A stretch of 64,000 bases of DNA, taken from positions 50,344,001 to 50,408,000 of the forward strand of contig OX597829.1 in the NCBI GenBank assembly GCA_951406725.2. The letters run 5' to 3'. Of the stretch, positions 51,595 through 64,000 are shown one piece after another. Positions within the stretch are counted from its first letter, which is position 1. Each line of letters starts with the position of its first letter. This DNA is from Octopus vulgaris. Its lineage: Eukaryota. The position numbers and the translations under genes were made by a program. The notes beneath the pieces were generated by a model. That model saw nothing but the letters and a program-made list of their open reading frames with translations. It was not told the origin of the DNA and did no database searches.

Positions 51595-51895
51595 TTTACA
51601 TCTTCCATAACTTAGCAGTTCAGTAAAAGAGATCGATAGGATAAGTTCCAAACTTTAAAAAAAAAAAAAATTCTGAGGTTAATTCATTCGACTAAAAATT
51701 CTCTAAGGCAGTGCTCTAGAATGTCCACGGTGTGCTCTAGAATGTCCGCAGTACACTGCAGACATTCTAGAGCACTGCCTTAGAGAATTTTTAGTCGAAT
51801 GAATTGACCCCAGAGTTTTTTTGTTTTTTTTTTAAAGCTTGGAACTTATCCTATCGATCTCTTTTACTGAACTGCTAAGTAATGGGAGATGTAAA
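51595..51895. repeat. Fold-back of a family A SINE tail
   Basis: ACTTAGCAGTTCAGTAAAAGAGATCGATAGG...CCTATCGATCTCTTTTACTGAACTGCTAAGT. Confidence 0.88.
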
Positions 51896-52759
51896 TATAT
51901 CAATATCGGTTGTCAAGTGGTGGAGGGGGACAAACACAAACATAATTCACACACACACACACACACACGCACACACACACACACACACACCACACACACG
52001 CACGCGCACTCACACACACACACACACATACACAACAGGCTTCTTTCAGTTTCTGTCTAGCAAATCTACTCACAAGATTTTGGCCGGCTCAAGGCTATCG
52101 CGGAAGACACTTGCCCGAGGTGCCACGCAGTGGGACTGAACCAGAAACCAATGTGGTTGGGAAGCAACCTTCTTACCACAGTCAATGAAAGATCACACAG
52201 ACAAATATATACGATGCCATATTGGCATATTAGGTCAGAAGAATATGGGCTGTTAAAACAAATACACCAGCTTGCTCATTTACAAAGTCATGTGGTAGAA
52301 AAAAAGAGAAAGAAAGAAAGAATGGAAAAAGAAAGAAGAAAAACAAAGAGAATAGGAAAAAAATTAACATCATTGGTGCAGAAGTGGCTGTGTGGTAAGA
52401 AGCTTGCTTTCAAACCACATGGTTCTGGGTTCGGTCCCACTGGGTGGCACCTTGGACATGTGTCTTCTACTATAGCCTCAGACCAGCCAAAGCCCTGTGA
52501 GTGGATTCAGTAGATGGAAACTGAAAGAAGACGACTGTCATATATATATAGGTGCAAGAGTAGCTGTTTGGTAAGTAGCTTGCTACCGATCATATGGTTC
52601 TGGGTTCAGTCCCACTGTGTGATACCTTGGGCAAGTGTCTTGTACTATAGCCTTGGGCTGGCCAAAGCCTTTTGAGTGGATTTGGTAGATGGAAACTGAA
52701 AGAAGCATGTCATATATATATATATATATAACAAAGTGAAGTTGTAAGGTATATATATA

Positions 52760-53420
52760 TCATCATCATCATCATCATCATCATCATTTAACGTCCGCTT
52801 TCCATGCTAGCATGGGTTGGACGGTTCAACTGGGGTCTGGGGAGCCCGAAAGCTGCACCAGTCCAGTCAGATCTGGCAGTGTTTCTACAGCTGGATGCCC
52901 TTCCTAACGCCAACCACTCCGAGAGTGTAGTGGGTGATTTTATGTGCCACCGACACAGGTGCCAGACGAGGCTGGCAAACGGCCACGCTCGGATGGTGTT
53001 TTTTATGTGCCACCGACACAGGTGCCAGACAAGGCTGGCAGACGGCCACGCTCAGATGGTGTTTTTATATGCCACCGACACAGGTGCCAGATGAGGCTGG
53101 AAAACGGCCACGATCGGATGGTGCTTGTTACGTGCCCACAGCATGGAGGCCAGTCGATGCGGTACTGGCTACGGCCATGTTCGGATGGTTTTCTTGTGTG
53201 CCACGTGCCACCGGCACTGGTACCACAAAGATACAAATTCCATTGATGTTCATCTATTTTGATTTGTTTTGATTTTCACTTGCCTCAACAGGTCTTCACA
53301 AGTGTCACAAGAAGGAAGGTATGCACAGGTGGACTGACTACGTCCCAGGTAGGGGCCATGGGTTATGGCCTGACTAGTCTTGCCGGGTCTTCGGATGGTG
53401 TTTTTATGTGCCACCGACAC
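52760..53420 (-). mobile_element. RTE 3' UTR fragment with tandem ~58-bp units
   Basis: Homologous to 5790-6285 in reverse. Confidence 0.85.
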
Positions 53421-53460
53421 AATGTATATATATACATATACACATATACATGTAGTATAT

Positions 53461-53491
<31 letters not shown>

Positions 53492-53706
53492 CACATATAC
53501 ATGTAATATAGATGAAAGAGCAATAAATCTTGAAATATGTATATACATCCATTACCCATTACGAATAGCACCTACATTGCTAGAATTAAGAGGTAAAGAC
53601 CCTTAGAGCCGCAAGAAAGCACATTTCCATGTACTGACAAGGGATATACTCTTTTCTCTCTCTAAACGGCAGTGCATCAGCATGGCCATGGCTCAGAGCT
53701 GAAACT

Positions 53707-53745
<39 letters not shown>

Positions 53746-53769
53746 CATATATATATATGTATATATATA

Positions 53770-54185
53770 TATTCTATTCTTCACTAAGATCTAATACGGC
53801 TTTTTTGGACAATCGCCAGACATCGGTTGAGGACTCTAACACACAGAAGAATTTAATATGGACGCCTTTTACATAGATTATTCTATGAAAAACATACCAA
53901 TACCATCAAGGGAACTATATTCTAAGAAACTTTTGGAGAAAATTACTGATCTAATTAAGCGCATGAGATGGAAAGCTCTCTTTTATAACACAGAAGTGGA
54001 CACCATAGAAAATACTTTCTATCATATAAAAATCTAAAAAATTCCCTCCTAAGATCAAAGGCTTGGAAGATTCTGAGGCGTTTTTCAGATGGCCAAATAA
54101 CCGAAGAGATGGTGGTGTGTATTTCCAGTCCGAAACTCAGAGTTTTATCTTGGCTACTGAATAATTTTCACATATTATTTTACAG

Positions 54186-54190
<5 letters not shown>
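53770..54190 (+). mobile_element. Internally deleted PLE: ORF N-terminus joined to the hammerhead-bearing 3' end
   Basis: From 53858 reads MDAFYIDYSMKNIPIPSRELYSKKLLEKITDLIKRMRWKALFYN. 54090-54190 matches the PLE terminal repeat (CCGAAGA...GAAACTCAGAGTTTTATCT). (TA)n on both sides. Confidence 0.78.
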
Positions 54191-54247
<57 letters not shown>

Positions 54248-54539
54248 GTTTAAATATTTGTTGTGCAAGATTTATTGGCTAAACTGGCAATATGACCATT
54301 CCGAAATATAACAATATATATATATATATATATAAATAAAAACTTTCTTGGAGAAGAGAAAACAATGCTTGCGTTCAGTCATATAATAACAATTTAATAA
54401 ATAAAACATATGCATATATACCTACATCTATATGTATATATACATGCATATATGAGTACAGGACACCACAATTAAACGTAGAACACAACGAGAAACGAAA
54501 ACATAAAATCAAACAAGGAAACAGACTTTTTTTAACAAT

Positions 54540-55580
54540 TTTGTACAACCAGTATGAAACCTTTAGTATCTGCTTTCAATCCTGAACTTCTCAGCCACTG
54601 ATAGGTTGATGCTTGGTCTACACCAGCATTTGGACCTTGAAGAATATATTGTCTATATCGGGGCTTCTGGCTCCATCACTCCTCAATTTGGTTCTGTCCA
54701 TTCTTTTTTGCAGTCTGCTTGATTTGTTTTACTTGCTTGGTAGCAATGGTTTCAGATTCTGCATCTAATTCAGAGTTAATGCCATGTTTCCATGCGAATT
54801 TATAAGCTTCTTTGACAAGAGAATGCAACATTTTGCTGCTTTTATGCTCAGACACAAGCTGCAGTATCCATTCCTTCTACATTAGATAAATACCTGTTGT
54901 TCTTATGGTGGAAATCTTATGGCATAGTTCTAATTGCATCATTCCTATTCCTCCACTGTTTCTAGTAGGTAATCAACATCTGCCTTTGAGTGATGCATGC
55001 TTTTAGATGCCAATAATTTTCTTGTCTTCCTGTCCAGGCATTGGAGCCCCATAGGATTCCAGTTAATGATATTAAAACTGTACTGGATTATGGAAGTGTC
55101 AGGGTGTTAATAGCTTCAATGTGATGTTTCAAGTTGAATTCAGTCTTCAGTACAAGTTTTATTCTCCTGTAGTATTCCTTTTTTATTTTTGCTTCCATAG
55201 TAGCATGATGTATACCATCTGCTTCGTTTATTCCCAATAGTTTCGGGCATGGCTGTGTGGTTAGGGAGCTTGCTTTCTAGCTATATGGTGTCAGATTCAG
55301 TCCCACTGTGTGGCACTTTGGGCAGGTGTCTTCCACTATAGCCCCAAGTCGACCAAAGCTTTGTGATTGAATTCGGTTGGCGGAAGTTACTGCCGTGTGT
55401 GTATATGTGCGTGTAGGGGCTCAGTGCCTCTCTGAAAGAGAGAGAGGGAGTTTATAATTTTCTTGTAGGTCGAGCTCCTTGGTGGTAAAATCGATTCCTA
55501 ATTTAATGGAAGCTGTTTGCCTGAGCTTGCCTCTCACAAAAGTTGCTTTAGCACACTTATCAAGGCCGAAATCCATCCAA
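54540..55580 (-). mobile_element. Degraded R4/Dong-like LINE relic
   Basis: Minus fragments FGLDKCAK, GINEADGIHHATMEAKIKKEYYRRIKLVLKTELN, YSFNIINW and GLKADTKGFI. Confidence 0.7.
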
Positions 55581-56149
55581 GTCAGAGATCTAGTCTAGTT
55601 GTCATCATCGTTGCTGTTGTTGTAGTGGTTGTTGTTGTTGTTGTTGCTGCTGCTGCTGCTGTTGTTGTTCTCTGGTCATTGCTCTCCTGACAGAATATAT
55701 ACAAGGTGACTAATATCACCATAATACTTAACCCTTTCAATACCAGTGACAATATCTTTCAACTGACATTCATGTCATTGGACTTTCCTGAATATTAAAT
55801 GTTTGACTTTCATTAGGTGAATGATGGATTAACTTACATCAAGAAAGAGAACATATCATTCATAGCTTGATAAATGTCCTGTCATTTGCTGTTACGTTAG
55901 TATGTCAACCAACAAAACACCAAAATATTTATTTCTTACAAAGAGAAAAATGTGTTAATTTTTGTGGGAGAGAACAGTTGATTACATACAACAACAACAA
56001 CAGCAACAACAACAACAACAGCAACAACAACAACAACAATAGCAATAATAATAACAACGACAACAACAACAACAACAACAATAATAATGATAAGGATGAT
56101 GATGATGATAATAATAGTTGCAAGGCTTTGCATGATATATTCCCAAAGA

Positions 56150-57347
56150 TAATTGTAGCAAATAGTAGTAGTGAGACACGGTTTTGGTTGCAGAAAGGAA
56201 GGCTGAAAAGGGAGACAGAAAGTTTGTTAGTAGCAGCACAAGATGAAGCATTAAAGACTAATTGGATAAAAGCCAAGATAGACAAAAACCAAGTAGATTC
56301 CCAATGTAGGCTATTCAAATCAAAAGTGGAAAGTTTTATCCATATAGTAAGTGATTGTAGCATGCCAGCAGAGAGAGAATACAAGAAAAGACATGACAAC
56401 ATAGGGAGAGTAATCTACTGGGAGTTATGTAGAAAGCTAGGATTTGACCATACTGATAAATGGTATGAACACGAATCTAGTAAAGTACTAGAAAGTAAGA
56501 AATACAAGATGTTGTGGGACTTTAACATTCAGGCTGACAAAGCAATAGAAGCTAGAAGGCCTGATTTAGTAGTAGTAGATAAAGAGAATAGAAAGTGCCA
56601 GATAAATGACTTTACAGTCCCAAATGATGAAGAAATCAATATGAGAGATATAGAAAAAATAGCAAATTACCAGGACCTAGCCATTGAATTACAAAGATTA
56701 TGGAAAGTGTCGGTAAAATGTATCACAGTAGTTATTGGCACATTGGGAGATCTATACTCTTACTCTTTTACTTGTTTCAGTCATTTGACTGCGGCCATGC
56801 TGGAGCACCACCTTCTAGTCTAGTAAATCGACCCCAGGACTTATCCTTTGTAAGCCTAGTACTTATTCTATCAGTCTCTTTTGCTGAACCGCTAAGTTAC
56901 GGGACGTAAACACACCAGCATCGGTTGTCAAGCGATGGGAGGGGGGGGGCAAACACACACACACAAACATATACATACATACATACACATATATATACAT
57001 ATATACGACGGGCTTCTTCCAGTTTCCGTCTTCCAAATCCACTCACAAGGCCATTGGTCGGCCCGAGGCTATAGTAGAAGACACTTGCCCAAGGTACCAC
57101 ACAGTGGGAATGAACTCGGAACCATGTGGTTGGTAAGCAAGCTACTTACCACACAGCCACTTCTGCGCCTATAAAGATCTGAACAGATGGATAGAGGAAA
57201 TAGGGATAAAACCCAGTTTAGTATAACTGCAGAAAGCAATGTTATTAGGGACAGCTAGAATACTTAAGAGGGTTCTTGGCATCTAAGATTACTTGTTGTA
57301 GCCCAATGGTAGAATTTTTCTTTTCCAACAGTCTAATCTGTTGTGTA

Positions 57348-57389
<42 letters not shown>

Positions 57390-57400
57390 TTAATAATAAT
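56150..57400 (+). mobile_element. R4/Dong-like LINE 3' portion (zinc knuckle + PD-(D/E)xK RLE), SINE inserted at 56755-57172
   Basis: LKRETESLLVAAQDEAL, CRL...HIVSDC, RHD, MLWDFNIQAD...RRPDLVVVDK and YQDLAIEL. Resumes LQKAMLLGTARILKRVL and ends in (TAA)n. Confidence 0.88.
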
Positions 57401-57439
57401 AATAATAACAATAATAATAATTATTAGTAATAACAACAA

Positions 57440-58130
57440 ATGGTAGAAGCACTCTGAGGCTGTAACTGAGGGAGGAAATGTAATGATTCTTAGAAACTTT
57501 CCAGTATGTACAGACCGGACCATCAAAGCTAATAAACCAGATATTGTTGTCTAAAGACCAAAACAATAAAGTCTGTTTATTGATTGACACGAGTATACCC
57601 TGTGATGATAATATCTAGACGAATGCATTTAATAAGCTCAGAAAATATAAAGACTTGCTGTTTGAAATCGATAAGATGTGACATCTCAAGACAGTTACAA
57701 TACCAATGGTTTTAGGAGAACTTGGAATGATCAAAAAAGGAACTGGAAATTATTTAAGAATGATCTTTGGCATACCATCCAAGCAGGAAATGCAAAAGAT
57801 TGTCTTAACTGGTACATTCCACCTATTGAGAAGAGCATTGTCACTGTGAATTTTCTTTCCTTTTATCCCCTTATTTTCTTTTGTTTACTTATATTTCCAT
57901 TTTTTCCTATTCTTTTATTTTTCTTCTTTCCTTTTTCATTCTTTCTTTGTTCTCCTTTTTATCTACCCCACAACTTTGTAAATGAACAATCTGGTGCATT
58001 TATTTTAATAGCTTCTCGGTGTATGCAGAGAGTTTCTTTGCCCTAGGTGTCGGGAAGGCACTCAGCAAGAAATGGAAGCAAAATTGAAAGAAGAGGATAA
58101 TATTAGTAATAATATAATAATAATAATAAC
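57440..58130 (+). mobile_element. Another R4/Dong-like 3' fragment
   Basis: Homologous to 15360-16340 (TDRTIKANKPDIVV). Flanked by (TAA)n. Confidence 0.78.
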
Positions 58131-58139
58131 AATACATGA

Positions 58140-58998
58140 AAGAAACATTCATGTTTCCAAAGTTGAATTATCCAATCCCCAAAGAATTCCTTTCAACACA
58201 TGGCTATGATGCTCCCACACTACTTCTGACTGTGATCAGAGATGCACGTATCGTCAGCCAATAAGGGACATGCTCAACTGGTTACGGTCAAACAACCGAC
58301 AAGCAAATCTGTGGTTTTGAGCAGAATATTTGCTGTTTTATGCCAAGGCAAAAGATGTCTTGGTCAGTTCAGATCAAAAGCCATGAGAGCAACTGCCTGA
58401 TACTGGATCAGGACATTTATTATTATTATTATTATTATTATTGAGTGAGAGAGAGCAGTGCATGCCATCAAAGTGACACTGGAGTAAAATATACAAAGCC
58501 CAGTATACCCATCATGACTACCCGTCTGATAAGGGTACAGTAAGCACATGCATCACAACCATATGTGCGTGACATGGTGATCTCATATCAAGATAAATAG
58601 CGCGTGACTTTGCAGGTGGAGCCCAGTTAGAATTTTCTTCTGGTCGAGTAACCCATCCCGCTCAAAAGGTCCCTGAATAAGGGTTATTTAAGGATGTTGA
58701 AAGAACCACCCATGTTTCCAGAGGTGAATTATTCAAACCCCAAAGAATCCCTTTCAACAGATGGCTATGATGTTTCCTCACTACTCTTGGTCATGATCAG
58801 AGATGCACATATTGTCAGCCACCAAGGGACATGGTCAACTGGTTACGGTCAAACAACTGACAAGCAAATCTGTGGTATTGAGCAGAATATTTGCTGTAGC
58901 CCAACTTTTATAGCAAGACAAAATAATGTACATGATAACACTTCCAATCAGTTAAGATGAGAAGCCATGAGAGCCACAGCCTGGTACTGCATCAAGGC

Positions 58999-59044
<46 letters not shown>

Positions 59045-59590
59045 AAGGCAATAACGTGGCAGAATTGTTAGAAAATTAGACAAAATGCTTAATGGTAAAT
59101 TCTGCTGAACTCAACTTTACCTTTCTTGGTGGGGGTAGGGGTTGATAAAATAAGTACCAGTTGAGCACTGGGGTCAGTGTAATCAACTATCCCCCTCCCT
59201 CAAAATTACCAGCCTAGTACCAAAATTTGAAGCCATAATTATTGATTGAGAGAGCAGTGCATGCCATCGAAGTGACACTGGGGTGCAATTATATGAACCC
59301 TAATATACCCATCATGACAACCTGTCTAATAAGGGTACACCAGCCACATGCATCACAACCATGTGTGTGCATGACATGGTGATCTCATATCAAGATAAAC
59401 AGTGGATATCTTTGCATGTGGGGCCCAGTTAGGATTTTCTTCAGGTCAAGTAGCCCATCCCGCTCGAAAGGTCCCTGAATAAGGGTTGTTTATGGATGAT
59501 GAACACAACACCTATGTATCCTGGAGTGAATTATTTAAATCCTAAAGAACCCCTCTTAATACACAGCTTTGATGCTCTCCCACTTCTCCT
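58140..59590 (-). mobile_element. Cluster of (TAA)n-tailed unclassified repeats
   Basis: Three partial copies homologous to 17030-17425, separated by (TTA)n. Confidence 0.65.
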
Positions 59591-60505
59591 GATTATAGAC
59601 TTTGTTTTTGTTTTTTTAACCAAAACAATGCAAGTTATAAGAAACAATACAAGTTGATGGTTTGTACTATTTTTGTGTATCTGAGTATGTGCATGTGTGT
59701 GTTTGTGTGTGTGAGACTGTGTGTGTGTGTGTGTGAGTGTGCGAGTGTTTTTATGTGTGTGAGAGAGAGAATGTATATGTGTGTGTGAGATTTTGTTTGT
59801 GTGTGTAAGTGTTTGTATGTATGTGTGTGTGAGAGAGGGTATGTGTTTGTGTGTGTTTGTGTATGTGTGTGAGTGTTTGTGTGTGTGTGTGTGTGAGTGT
59901 TTGTGTGTGTGAGAGTGTGTGTGCTTGGGTGTGTTTGAGGGTGAAAGTGTTTGTGGGTATGTGAGAGTGTGTGTATGTATGTGTGTGTGTGTGCGTGTCA
60001 CAAATCTCCCCTAATCTAATCAAGATCACAAGTTAACATTTGACCCAATAGGCACTAAATTCCTGCTCCCACCGGCAAGAAACAACACAATCTAAAATGT
60101 TCATCTAGATCCTCCGGTTAAATCCAATATCATCCGTATAAAGCCTTAGACACAGCATCAAATGGAAGACAATAAAACCCAAGTAAAACTAGGTCAAGAG
60201 CCGTACTGGACAACATACTGGACAATGGAAGAACTCATACATCCGGAGATATCATCAAAATACTGAAGGACATAAAAGCTCAGAAGAGAATGAAGAAGAG
60301 GGAGAACATAAAACTGCAGTTGTGCAACCACGTCGTGGCTGTGTAGTAAAACGTCCGCTTCCCAACCTCATGGTTCCAGGTTCAGTCCCATTGCACAGCA
60401 CCTTGGGGCAAGTGTCTTCTGCTGTAGTCTTGGACCGACCAAAGCCTTGTGAGTGGATACACACACACAAAAGTGTTTGTGCGTGTGTGTTTGTGAGAGT
60501 GTGTA

Positions 60506-60545
<40 letters not shown>

Positions 60546-61001
60546 TGTGTGTGAGAGTGTGTGTGAGTGTGAAAGTGTTTGTGGGTATGTGAGCACACAT
60601 GCGCTCTCTCTCTCTTACATGCATATACACACACACACACTCTCACAAACCCACAAACACTTTCACACTCACACACACTCTCACACACACACTCTCTCAC
60701 ATACCCACAAACACTTTCACACTCACACACACTCTCACACACACACTCTCTCACACACACACTCTCACATACCCACAAACACTTTCACACTCACACACAC
60801 TCTCATACACACACTCTCACACACACAAGCACACACACACAAACACTCACACACACAAACACATACACACACACACAAACACTTACACACACAAACAAGC
60901 ACTCGCATATACACACACACACATACATTCTCTCTCTCACACACATACAAACACTCTTTCTTCCAGCTATTTCTCTGTAGTGTGAGGAAAACGATGAACA
61001 G

Positions 61002-61043
61002 CCTCAATCGATTTTCAAACCTTATTGGTTTCTCATCAGAGGG
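61002..61043 (-). ncRNA. Minimal hammerhead motif, probably inactive
   Basis: Minus: CCU-CUGAUGA-G-AAACC-AAUAA-GGUUU-GAAA-AUCGAU-U-G-AGG. Position 17 is G. Confidence 0.5.
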
Positions 61044-61542
61044 GACTACATCAATTTGACCAATCCCAGAGAAACAAACAGCTAACCTGTTTACAGACCC
61101 AACAATTAGACAGTAGCTACAGAAAACTGGTGCCCCTAATTTGCATACCAAATGTATTAAATCATCACAGGCACAAAGCACTTTGGTTAGATCCAGTGTT
61201 TAGTTACATTGCTTAATATATGTCAATCAACCGTTTTCTCTCTCTCTCTATTTACCAATCCGTCACGTGCTCCTCCAGTCTAAGACACATACTTACACAC
61301 ACACACACACATCCCTCATCTTTCCCTCCATACTTCCCTATCAATCTACTTATGTGTGTGTGTGTGTGTTCATAACAGTATCAAGGTATGATATAATATA
61401 TGTATACTACATAGTAGATTTATTAACAGGGTTAATTCTCCAAAGACTAAAAATATGTTCAACAACCTTAATCGATTTTCATATACATATACATATACAT
61501 ACATGTGTGTGTATGTGTGTGTGTAATTAAATAAAGATAGTT

Positions 61543-62085
61543 ATGGCCAGTCTATGGGGTAACCCAAGGTTTCTTTTCCATAAAGCAGTTGGCTTTACAG
61601 TCTTTCTTAAGATCCTGATGGCCAGTGACTTACAGCCTCTCTTCAAGGTGGACGGAGAAAAGATCTCATTGCCAGTTGTTGAACACACAGACGAAGGAGA
61701 AGTGTTAAGTGTAAGGGATTGCTACCTTTAGACCACTATCTGTTGGCTTGTGGGTCCCAGGACTTTAGTAGGAATCTCCTGAAGTGTAAGCAGGGTCCAA
61801 AAAATTCCCTCATGGAATTTAAGATCTTCCCCAGGTTGCAAGAATTCTTTAATATTCTTCTTGCCTGTTCAGCTGTGCTTGGCTTACTACACTTGCTCCC
61901 ATTGATGTAGGGGCCCAGTTTTTCTAGGATCTTCCATGAGATTACGTATGGTGTCCCTTTGTCCCTCAGCTGCCACATATGGTTGGCCAAGGACATGGCA
62001 TATCATCTCTCTGGGATCCTGAATGAAGATCTGTCATTGGAGAGGCACTGCTTGAAGGTGTTTCCAGAATACCCAAAGAATCTTG
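61543..62085 (-). mobile_element. Degraded PLE GIY-YIG C-terminus with terminal repeat
   Basis: FFGYSGNTFKQ...SLANHMWQLRDKGTPYVISWKILEKLGPYINGSKC parallels the 12966-13586 protein. The 3' end resembles 31352-31470 and has a decayed HHR at 61556-61615. Confidence 0.8.
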
Positions 62086-62686
62086 ATGTTGCTGCTGGTG
62101 ATGCTGTTTCTGTTGATGTTGATGCTGCTACTTCTGCTGCTGCTGGTGATGGTGCTGTTGTTGTTGTTGTTGTTAAGCAACAAGACGGGTAAGGGTGATT
62201 AGGTGATGGTCTAGGGTTTAGGGGCAGGAGACCCCAGACCTTGGAAAAAAACCAAAAAAACTTTGGTCGTCTTGTTGTAGTTGAAGGCTCTTCGTTGACG
62301 CCCGACACCACTGGGAGGTGACCCTCGAAGTCGCTGGAAATGGAGATCTCCAGGTCCAAATTCTTGAACGGCTGTTGTTGCTGGTGCTGGTGCTGTTGTT
62401 GTTGGTGTTGGTGCTGGCATAGGGGACATCATCAGAGGCAATGTTGGTGTTGGCACTGTTGACACTGCTATAGTGTGGAAGACATGGGAATGGAAAAAAA
62501 ATGAAGCTAAACCTGTTGCTAAAGGATTTGCTCCTAACAAATAGAACAGAATTCACAGCACTAATGAACTAATTCACCAAATGCTATGGAAATCCTTCTT
62601 CCAACTCAATCAATCCTTTTCAAATGTTTATCTTTTTTTTTATATTTTTATTTTTCTACTCTGATCTTCCAGCTTCACCACTCATT

Positions 62687-64000
62687 TCATGAAGTAGCCA
62701 GCTGAGTACCCCTCATGAAGTAGCCAGCTGAGTACACCTCATGAAGTAGTCAGCTGAGTACCCCTCATGAAGTAGCCAGCTGAGTACATCTCATGAAGTA
62801 GCCAGCTAAGTACCCCCTCATGAAGTTGTCAGCTGAGTACCCCTCATGAAGTAGCCAACTGAGTAACCCTCATGAAGTAGCCAGCTGAGTACCCTCTCAT
62901 GAAGTAGCCAGCTGAGAAGCCCTCATGAAGTAGCCAGCTGAGTAGCCCTCATGAAGTAGCCAGCTGAGTAGCCCTCATGAAGTAGCCAGCTGAGAAGACC
63001 TCATGAAGTAGCCAGCTGAGTACCCCTCATGAAGTAGCCAGCTGAGAAGACCTCATGAAGTAGCCAGCTGAGTAGCCCTCATGAAGTAGCCAGCTGAGTA
63101 GCCCTCATGAAGTAGCCAGCTGAGAAGACCTCATGAAGTAGCCGGCTGAGTACATCTCATGAAGTAGCCAGCTGAGAAGACCTCATGAAGTAGCCAGCTG
63201 AGTAGCCCTCATGAAGTAGCCAGCTGAGTAGCCCTCATGAAGTAGCCAGCTGAGCAGCCCTCATGAAGTAGCCAGCTGAGAAGACCTCATGAAGTAGCCA
63301 GCTGAGTACCCCTCATGAAGTAGCCAGCTGAGTAGCCCTCATGAAGTAGCCAGCTGAGTAGCCCTCATGAAGTAGCCAGCTGAGAAGACCTCATGAAGTA
63401 GCCGGCTGAGTACCCCTCATGAAGTAGCCAGCTGAGAAGACCTCATGAAGTAGCCAGCTGAGTAGCCCTCACGAAGTAGCCAGCTGAGTAGCCCTCATGA
63501 AATAGCCAGCTGAGAAGACCTCATGAAGTAGCCAGCTGAGTACCCCTCATGAAGTAGCCAGCTGAGCACCCCTCGTGAAGTAGCCAGCTGAGTACCCCTC
63601 ATGAAGTAGCCAGCTGAGTAGCCCTCATGAAGTAGCCAGCTGAGAAGACCTCATGAAGTAGCCAGCTGAGTACCCCTCATGAAGTAGCCAGCTGAGAAGA
63701 CCTCATGAAGTAGCCAGCTGAGTAGCCCTCATGAAGTAGCCAGCTGAGCAGCCCTCATGAAGTAGCCAGCTGAGCAGCCCTCATGAAGTAGCCAGCTGAG
63801 CAGCCCTCATGAAGTAGCCAGCTGAGTACCCCTCATGAAGTAGCCAGCTGAGTACCCCTCATGAAGTAGCCAGCTGAGTACCCCTCATGAAGTAGCCAGC
63901 TCAGTACCCCTCATGAAGAAGCCAACTGAGTACCCCCTCATGAAGTAGCCAGCTGAGTACCCCCTCATGAAGTAGTCAGCTGAGTACCCCTCGTGAAGTA
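62687..64000. repeat. 25-bp minisatellite, ~52 units, runs off the window end
   Basis: Unit CCTCATGAAGTAGCCAGCTGAGTAC with TAG/AAGA/CAG variants. Confidence 0.97.

Noticed and set aside
62687-64000. CRISPR array or coding repeat
   Set aside because: The variable slot is only 4-5 nt, the 25-bp period is not a multiple of 3, and stops are frequent.

Overview
This is AT-rich, microsatellite-saturated animal DNA, not prokaryotic. The SINE, LINE and Helitron families look like Octopus (cephalopod) repeats, which is an inference from recall. Only one host exon is recognisable: the first coding exon of CEP104 on the minus strand (27808-27920, MPQKIPFHV...GWQSIR). The roughly 27.8 kb to its left is therefore probably intron. 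The rest is transposon-derived: RTE-clade LINE pieces with a PHD finger inside the RT, R4/Dong-like LINE relics next to (TAA)n, tRNA-derived SINEs, non-autonomous Helitrons and mariner-like MITEs. There is also a ~60-copy 93-bp SINE-tail satellite and a 25-bp minisatellite. The most notable layer is a Penelope-like element (PLE) and hammerhead ribozyme (HHR) system. It includes a near-perfect 3-kb head-to-head inverted PLE (RT + GIY-YIG), deleted and fold-back derivatives, and about a dozen type-I hammerhead-like motifs from several families. One sits in a tRNA-headed SINE-like element, one is split by a LINE insertion, and one family has a non-canonical CCGAAGA core. Most listed ORFs are microsatellite or SINE artefacts. 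All folds were done by eye and coordinates are approximate to a few bases.
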